This document shows positions 16,577 through 20,000 of a DNA stretch of 20,000 nucleotides, one piece after another. The notes beneath the pieces were generated by a model that searched no databases, was not told where the DNA came from, and was given only the letters and a program-made list of their open reading frames with translations. This DNA comes from an uncultured virus (IMG/VR IMGVR_UViG_3300043473_000258) (lineage: Duplodnaviria; Heunggongvirae; Uroviricota; Caudoviricetes). Positions within the stretch are counted from its first letter, which is position 1. The number at the start of each line of letters is the position of its first letter. The stretch lies in the IMG/VR virus record IMGVR_UViG_3300043473_000258. One strand, given 5' to 3'. The translations under genes and the position numbers were made by a program.

Positions 16577-16975
16577 CTAGTAACATTCGGTCCAATGTTC
16601 GCCGGTCTCTTCCCCCCACTGCGAGCGGGGCGCGAGGAGCTGGCCGGAGCTGTTATAGTCGCGGCCGCAGTCGCAAGGGCACGTAAAGGCGTCAAGGGTC
16701 ACCTCGCGCCCACAGGTGCAGCGGCCGATCGCGGGGTGGCGCGTCTCCCATTCGCGCCGTTGAATTCCGCAATCGATGAGCCCGGCAAGGTCCGGGGGAA
16801 GCGGGTCCGCGGTGCAGCGTGCCCAGTTTTCGGCGCTGGCCGGGTTCTTATTCAGGGGGATCCCGTCTTCTGTGACGGGGAAGCAAAAGCCGGATCCTCT
16901 GTCCGGCCGGAGGAATTCGCGCACAAATTCGACTTCAACGGTGAAACTGACTTCGGAGATAATTTCGATCGGCAT
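16577..16975 (-). CDS. Phage Zn-ribbon protein, 132 aa
   Basis: ATG 16975; CTCG...CPCDCGRDYNSSGQLLAPRSQWGEETGE. Confidence 0.8.
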   Translation of the reverse strand: MPIEIISEVSFTVEVEFVREFLRPDRGSGFCFPVTEDGIPLNKNPASAENWARCTADPLPPDLAGLIDCGIQRREWETRHPAIGRCTCGREVTLDAFTCPCDCGRDYNSSGQLLAPRSQWGEETGEHWTECY

Positions 16976-16979
16976 GGTT

Positions 16980-17390
16980 TTAGGCGGTGGCGGGTTGGGG
17001 ATTCTTGCAGACGTGCAGACAGGCCACGCTGACCAGTTTCCCGCAAGGGAGTTGGAAAAGCGTGTCGGTCGTAAAGGCGCGGAAGCGGCGGCCGTCGACT
17101 GAGACGGATCCTTCCATCTGATAACCGGACTGCCGGGGATTGAGCAGCGAGCGATCGCCGTGCAGAGTGTAGGCGTCGATCTGGGGATAGGTCGGGCCCT
17201 CCTTCCATTCGGCGGACACGGCGAGGCCGCGGAGCTGGTCGCAGATATGCCAGGGCCCGCGGTGGCGGGTGGCGAAATGGCGCTTGCCAGCGTCGATCGC
17301 CTCTTGACCGAAAAAGGCGATCGCCGCTTCGAGCGTGATCGGGGTGCATCCGGCACCGGCCGGAAGTCTAAGGGGTGCGGGTTGTTTCAT
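16980..17390 (-). CDS. Hypothetical protein, 136 aa
   Basis: ATGA overlap upstream; 4-nt gap downstream. Confidence 0.75.
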   Translation of the reverse strand: MKQPAPLRLPAGAGCTPITLEAAIAFFGQEAIDAGKRHFATRHRGPWHICDQLRGLAVSAEWKEGPTYPQIDAYTLHGDRSLLNPRQSGYQMEGSVSVDGRRFRAFTTDTLFQLPCGKLVSVACLHVCKNPQPATA

Positions 17391-17542
17391 TGTTTGGGCT
17401 TGGTTTTGTTGTTGGGCTTGCGGGTGGGGAAGAGGTCGGCCAGCTCTTCCCAGATAACGGGAAGGACGGCGCGGAAGAGGAAAACGCCAAAGCCGCCGCC
17501 AATGACGGCGACGGCGATCGAATAGTCGGAGGTGAAATCCAT
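17387..17542 (-). CDS. Small single-pass membrane protein, 51 aa
   Basis: MDFTSDYSIAVAVIGGGFGVFLFRAVLPVIW... hydrophobic stretch, basic tail, ATGA overlap. Confidence 0.6.
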   Translation of the reverse strand: MDFTSDYSIAVAVIGGGFGVFLFRAVLPVIWEELADLFPTRKPNNKTKPKQ

Positions 17543-17569
17543 TTTGGGCGGGGAGATATTACGTGGGGA

Positions 17570-17594
17570 GGCCAGACGGATCGAACGTCTGGCC
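17570..17594. repeat. Intergenic 9-bp GGCC-stem hairpin, 7-nt loop
   Basis: GGCCAGACG-gatcgaa-CGTCTGGCC. Confidence 0.8.
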
Positions 17595-17604
17595 GGGGTG
17601 GCGG

Positions 17605-18339
17605 CTAGTCGTTGGAGCCTGGGAAAGCGGCCATCACGGGCCCGATCACGGCTTCGAGCGAGGTATGATAATCGGAAACGACTTCCGATCCGTCGTCCGC
17701 GTTGCCATAGACAAAGAAAACGCCCGATCGGCGCTTCTTCTTGTCGTCTGGCTTGCGAGCGCAAAGCGTTTCGCAGTCGACCGCAAACATGGCGGCCAGA
17801 ATGACGGCACGCGAGCGCGTCCAGTCTGCCAGCGCGAGGCCCTCATTCTCGCCGGTGCCCTCATCGTCCGCGTCGTTGTTCAGGTTCAACTCGAACCCGG
17901 CAGCCAGTAGCGCGTCGACAATGGCGGCCGCGTTCCGGCGCTCGCACCTCTGCCGGGCTTCAGAGCGTCCCCCGTACCCTTTACGGATACCGGCGAACAG
18001 TGCCGCCTCGTTGACCGCGGCCACAATGGCCACCGCCACCCGTTCGATCGTCTCCCGCATCGCTGGCCGGTTAAGAGACGGCAGGCGCGTCTCCAGCATT
18101 TCGAGCGCGTAATGCGCAGCGCCCAGATCCTCCCGAGAGAGTGTGACGGTCACAAGCTGGGCCCGTTCCGCGGGCGTCTGGCATTCCGGCGGCCGGGTGG
18201 AAGCCTGGGCCGGGGTGGAGCTGGTCGACGTCGACGGCGAGGCCAGCGGATCCGCGGCGGAAACGTCGTGAGCTGGGCCCGCGGTGCGCGATGCCTGGGG
18301 AAGACCGCCAGAAGCGGCGGGGTCATTGGTTGTTGTCAT
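17605..18339 (-). CDS. Phage hypothetical protein, 244 aa (first gene of the leftward unit)
   Basis: ATG 18339; S/T/P/A-rich N-terminus; C-terminal IVDALLAAG...GVFFVYGN...VVSDY module. Confidence 0.75.
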   Translation of the reverse strand: MTTTNDPAASGGLPQASRTAGPAHDVSAADPLASPSTSTSSTPAQASTRPPECQTPAERAQLVTVTLSREDLGAAHYALEMLETRLPSLNRPAMRETIERVAVAIVAAVNEAALFAGIRKGYGGRSEARQRCERRNAAAIVDALLAAGFELNLNNDADDEGTGENEGLALADWTRSRAVILAAMFAVDCETLCARKPDDKKKRRSGVFFVYGNADDGSEVVSDYHTSLEAVIGPVMAAFPGSND

Positions 18340-18459
18340 TGGTTGGAAGGCCAGCCACAAGGGCCCGCGACAGAGAAGGCCCAGCATTCCAGCCCACAGG
18401 GAGCGGGTGGAGCGGTGGGGAGTCGGTCTCTGGCATCGGGCAAAGGTGGAGCTGGTCTC

Positions 18460-18490
18460 ACAACGTAGCGTGCAGACGCTACACTCGCAA
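18460..18490 (-). promoter_or_regulatory. Sigma70-like leftward promoter with the same operator
   Basis: Minus strand TTGCGA-17 nt-TACGTT; GTAGCG-N6-CGCTAC at 18465-18482; acaacgtagcg identical to 14209-14219. Confidence 0.65.
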
Positions 18491-18761
18491 GCCCAGAACA
18501 GAGGCAAAGCGCGATTTCCCCAGGCTCCGACACCCTGACCGCGGCCGCCCAGGCTCCCGGAGTTGGACAGAGCCGGGCCCGGCCGTCTGCCCGCCCGGCC
18601 CCCAGAATTAAGCATTCTTTATTGCCGCCCCGGCGCCCTATGGGGCCTTGCGCCTCGCGCCCGCGCACGTAGCGCGTAATCGATTAACCCCTCCACAGGA
18701 AAGATAGCTTCATGGCAGAAATGATTTGACGATACGCTGGGAAAGGTCCATGGATACGGTA

Positions 18762-19019
18762 ATGCCAAAAGGACGCCCGATTCAGGACCCCAGGGGGAGG
18801 AAGAGAGTGAAGCTGCAACCCTGGGTGAGCCCGGACACCGCATTTGCGCTACGCTGGCAAGCTAGTCAGGCGAAGACGACGATTGGGCACATGCTCGACC
18901 AGTGGCTTAAAGACCGTGCTGGGCAGGTGAGCAAAGTTTCCGCTACGCTAACCAAGAGACTTAGCGATACGCCAATAACTGAGGAAGACCTCGATGACAA
19001 TGGAGACCCGATACTATGA
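18762..19019 (+). CDS. Ribbon-helix-helix-like DNA-binding protein, about 85 aa
   Basis: GRP...KRVKLQPWV-SPDTAFALRWQASQA-KTTIGHMLDQWLK strand-helix-helix pattern; start 18762 or 18750. Confidence 0.6.
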   Translation: MPKGRPIQDPRGRKRVKLQPWVSPDTAFALRWQASQAKTTIGHMLDQWLKDRAGQVSKVSATLTKRLSDTPITEEDLDDNGDPIL

Positions 19020-19489
19020 GCAACCTGATTGAATTGGTGCTTGGCGCCCGGATGGCTGGGGGCTGGGAGAACGAGATGGGGTGGATTCTTTCCGACCTGA
19101 AATTCGTGCCTACTGGGGCGGACCAGACGCCGAAGACGGGGGACGTGGTCCTCTTTGATGCCATGAGTAATAAGTGGGCCCTCAAACCGGTGGTGCCCGT
19201 TCCTTTCACGCCGCCCGTGGACGTGGCCGAGGCGGAGCCGCTCGAGCATGAGGCCACTGGGCAGGAGGTTGCTTACATTCCGGGGAAGGTGGCGCCGGAG
19301 CCTGTGCCGGATCCGCAACTGGTGGCGACCTTGCGGCTTTTGGACGCGGTCGAAAGGGGAAATGACCTGCTGGGGGAGGCGGTCAGTTTGCTGACAAAGA
19401 TCCAGACCGATTCGGACCTCATCCAGCAGCAGACCGAAACCCTGCCCGACACCCTCAAGGTCGTGCGCAACCATTTCGCACGCGAATGA
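19016..19489 (+). CDS. Hypothetical protein, 157 aa
   Basis: ATGA-coupled on both sides. Confidence 0.75.
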   Translation: MSNLIELVLGARMAGGWENEMGWILSDLKFVPTGADQTPKTGDVVLFDAMSNKWALKPVVPVPFTPPVDVAEAEPLEHEATGQEVAYIPGKVAPEPVPDPQLVATLRLLDAVERGNDLLGEAVSLLTKIQTDSDLIQQQTETLPDTLKVVRNHFARE

Positions 19490-19794
19490 AGCGCCCCACC
19501 AAAGCCCAGCGCAACCTCGAGAAGGCCGTGCACGAGGCCCAGGACCGCCGCGCCATTGCCACTCGGGAAGGCATCCCCACGGCCGACCTGAAAATGCCGG
19601 AGGCCCATGTCATCCAGATTCCCATTTACCGGCCCGTTATCGTGGGCGAGCGCCTCACGGCGGCCACCGACGTCAAGGCTGGCACCTGGGGCATTGAGGG
19701 CATCCCGCGGGACCTGGTGAACACCGTCTTCAACGGCCAGTACCTCTACTTCCGCCGCGTGACCACCGTCCCCCTCACCATCCACGTTCAATGA
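19486..19794 (+). CDS. Hypothetical protein, 102 aa
   Basis: ATGA-coupled on both sides. Confidence 0.75.
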   Translation: MKRPTKAQRNLEKAVHEAQDRRAIATREGIPTADLKMPEAHVIQIPIYRPVIVGERLTAATDVKAGTWGIEGIPRDLVNTVFNGQYLYFRRVTTVPLTIHVQ

Positions 19795-20000
19795 CCCGCT
19801 ACTCCGGCAACCAGATATTCAACGCCCTCGCCGAGGGGGATCATCCCACCATCACTGACACCGCCATCTTCGTGCCCGCCGAGGAGGTCGCACTCCTCCA
19901 AGACGCCATCACCCGCGCCTTCCAGACGCTCCTGGTGCCAGCCGCTGAGTACGTCCCGGCCATCGGCGATGCGCTCGACATCCTGAAAAAGGCCGGAGCC
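19791..20000 (+). CDS. Hypothetical protein (runs off window)
   Basis: ATG 19791 in ATGA overlap; MTRYSGNQIFNALAEGDHPTITDTAIFVPAEEV... open to the edge. Confidence 0.65.
   Translation, partial: MTRYSGNQIFNALAEGDHPTITDTAIFVPAEEVALLQDAITRAFQTLLVPAAEYVPAIGDALDILKKAGA

Noticed and set aside
12751..17324. GCGATCGC copies as proof of a cyanobacterial host (HIP1)
   Set aside because: The enrichment is local rather than window-wide, CGATCG excess also occurs in other bacteria, and no cyanophage markers are present.
14597..18291. 17-bp match gggcccgcggtgcgcga inside two ORFs (about 14597 and 18275)
   Set aside because: It is made of locally enriched GC palindromes and the flanks are unrelated; probably chance.
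8645..18339. True integron with attC cassettes
   Set aside because: No tyrosine integrase in the window; the hairpins are short and lack RYYYAAC/GTTRRRY attC boxes.
1632..18615. Longest-ORF starts in the track (3008, 4300, 5522, 9073, 10050, 10385, 11558, 14238, 14586, 15433, 17356, 17764, 18615)
   Set aside because: The extensions overlap upstream genes or run through leaders and promoters; internal starts with ATGA coupling or AC-rich leaders fit better.
18847..18947. CGCTAC half-sites inside the RHH gene and other coding regions
   Set aside because: They have no partner half-site at N6 spacing and are explainable as ordinary codons.
1..20000. Stop-codon reassignment explaining the many short ORFs
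   Set aside because: TGA stops form ATGA couplings and known proteins (Gp157 with TAG, Bet, DnaB, helicase) end at expected lengths, so the standard code fits.

Overview
A 20-kb, GC-rich segment of a tailed dsDNA phage or prophage. Positions 1-18339 form one tightly packed minus-strand block with many ATGA/GTGA stop-start overlaps. In transcription order it holds about 22 mostly small 'early/accessory' genes (18339->8645, including a DUF3560-DNA methyltransferase fusion). A recombination/replication module follows (Bet/RecT annealing protein, Gp157-like, ParB-like, SF2 helicase, SWIM protein, XRE-HTH, divergent DnaB), then a Zn-finger gene and a large terminase that runs off the window and is missing from the ORF track. 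A divergent plus-strand unit starts near 18.76 kb with a ribbon-helix-helix protein. The most notable features are non-coding. (i) The early genes are built like cassettes, joined by reused AC-rich Shine-Dalgarno-less leaders (a perfect 38-bp direct repeat and a 24/25-bp repeat each bracket a single gene) and GGCC-stem hairpins without U-tails. (ii) Two sigma70-like promoters share an operator GTAGCG-N6-CGCTAC. (iii) A sharply bounded ~8-kb domain has about 5-fold higher GATC density and 8 GCGATCGC octamers around the methyltransferase. Family assignments are from motif recognition and k-mer counts are manual; no searches were run.
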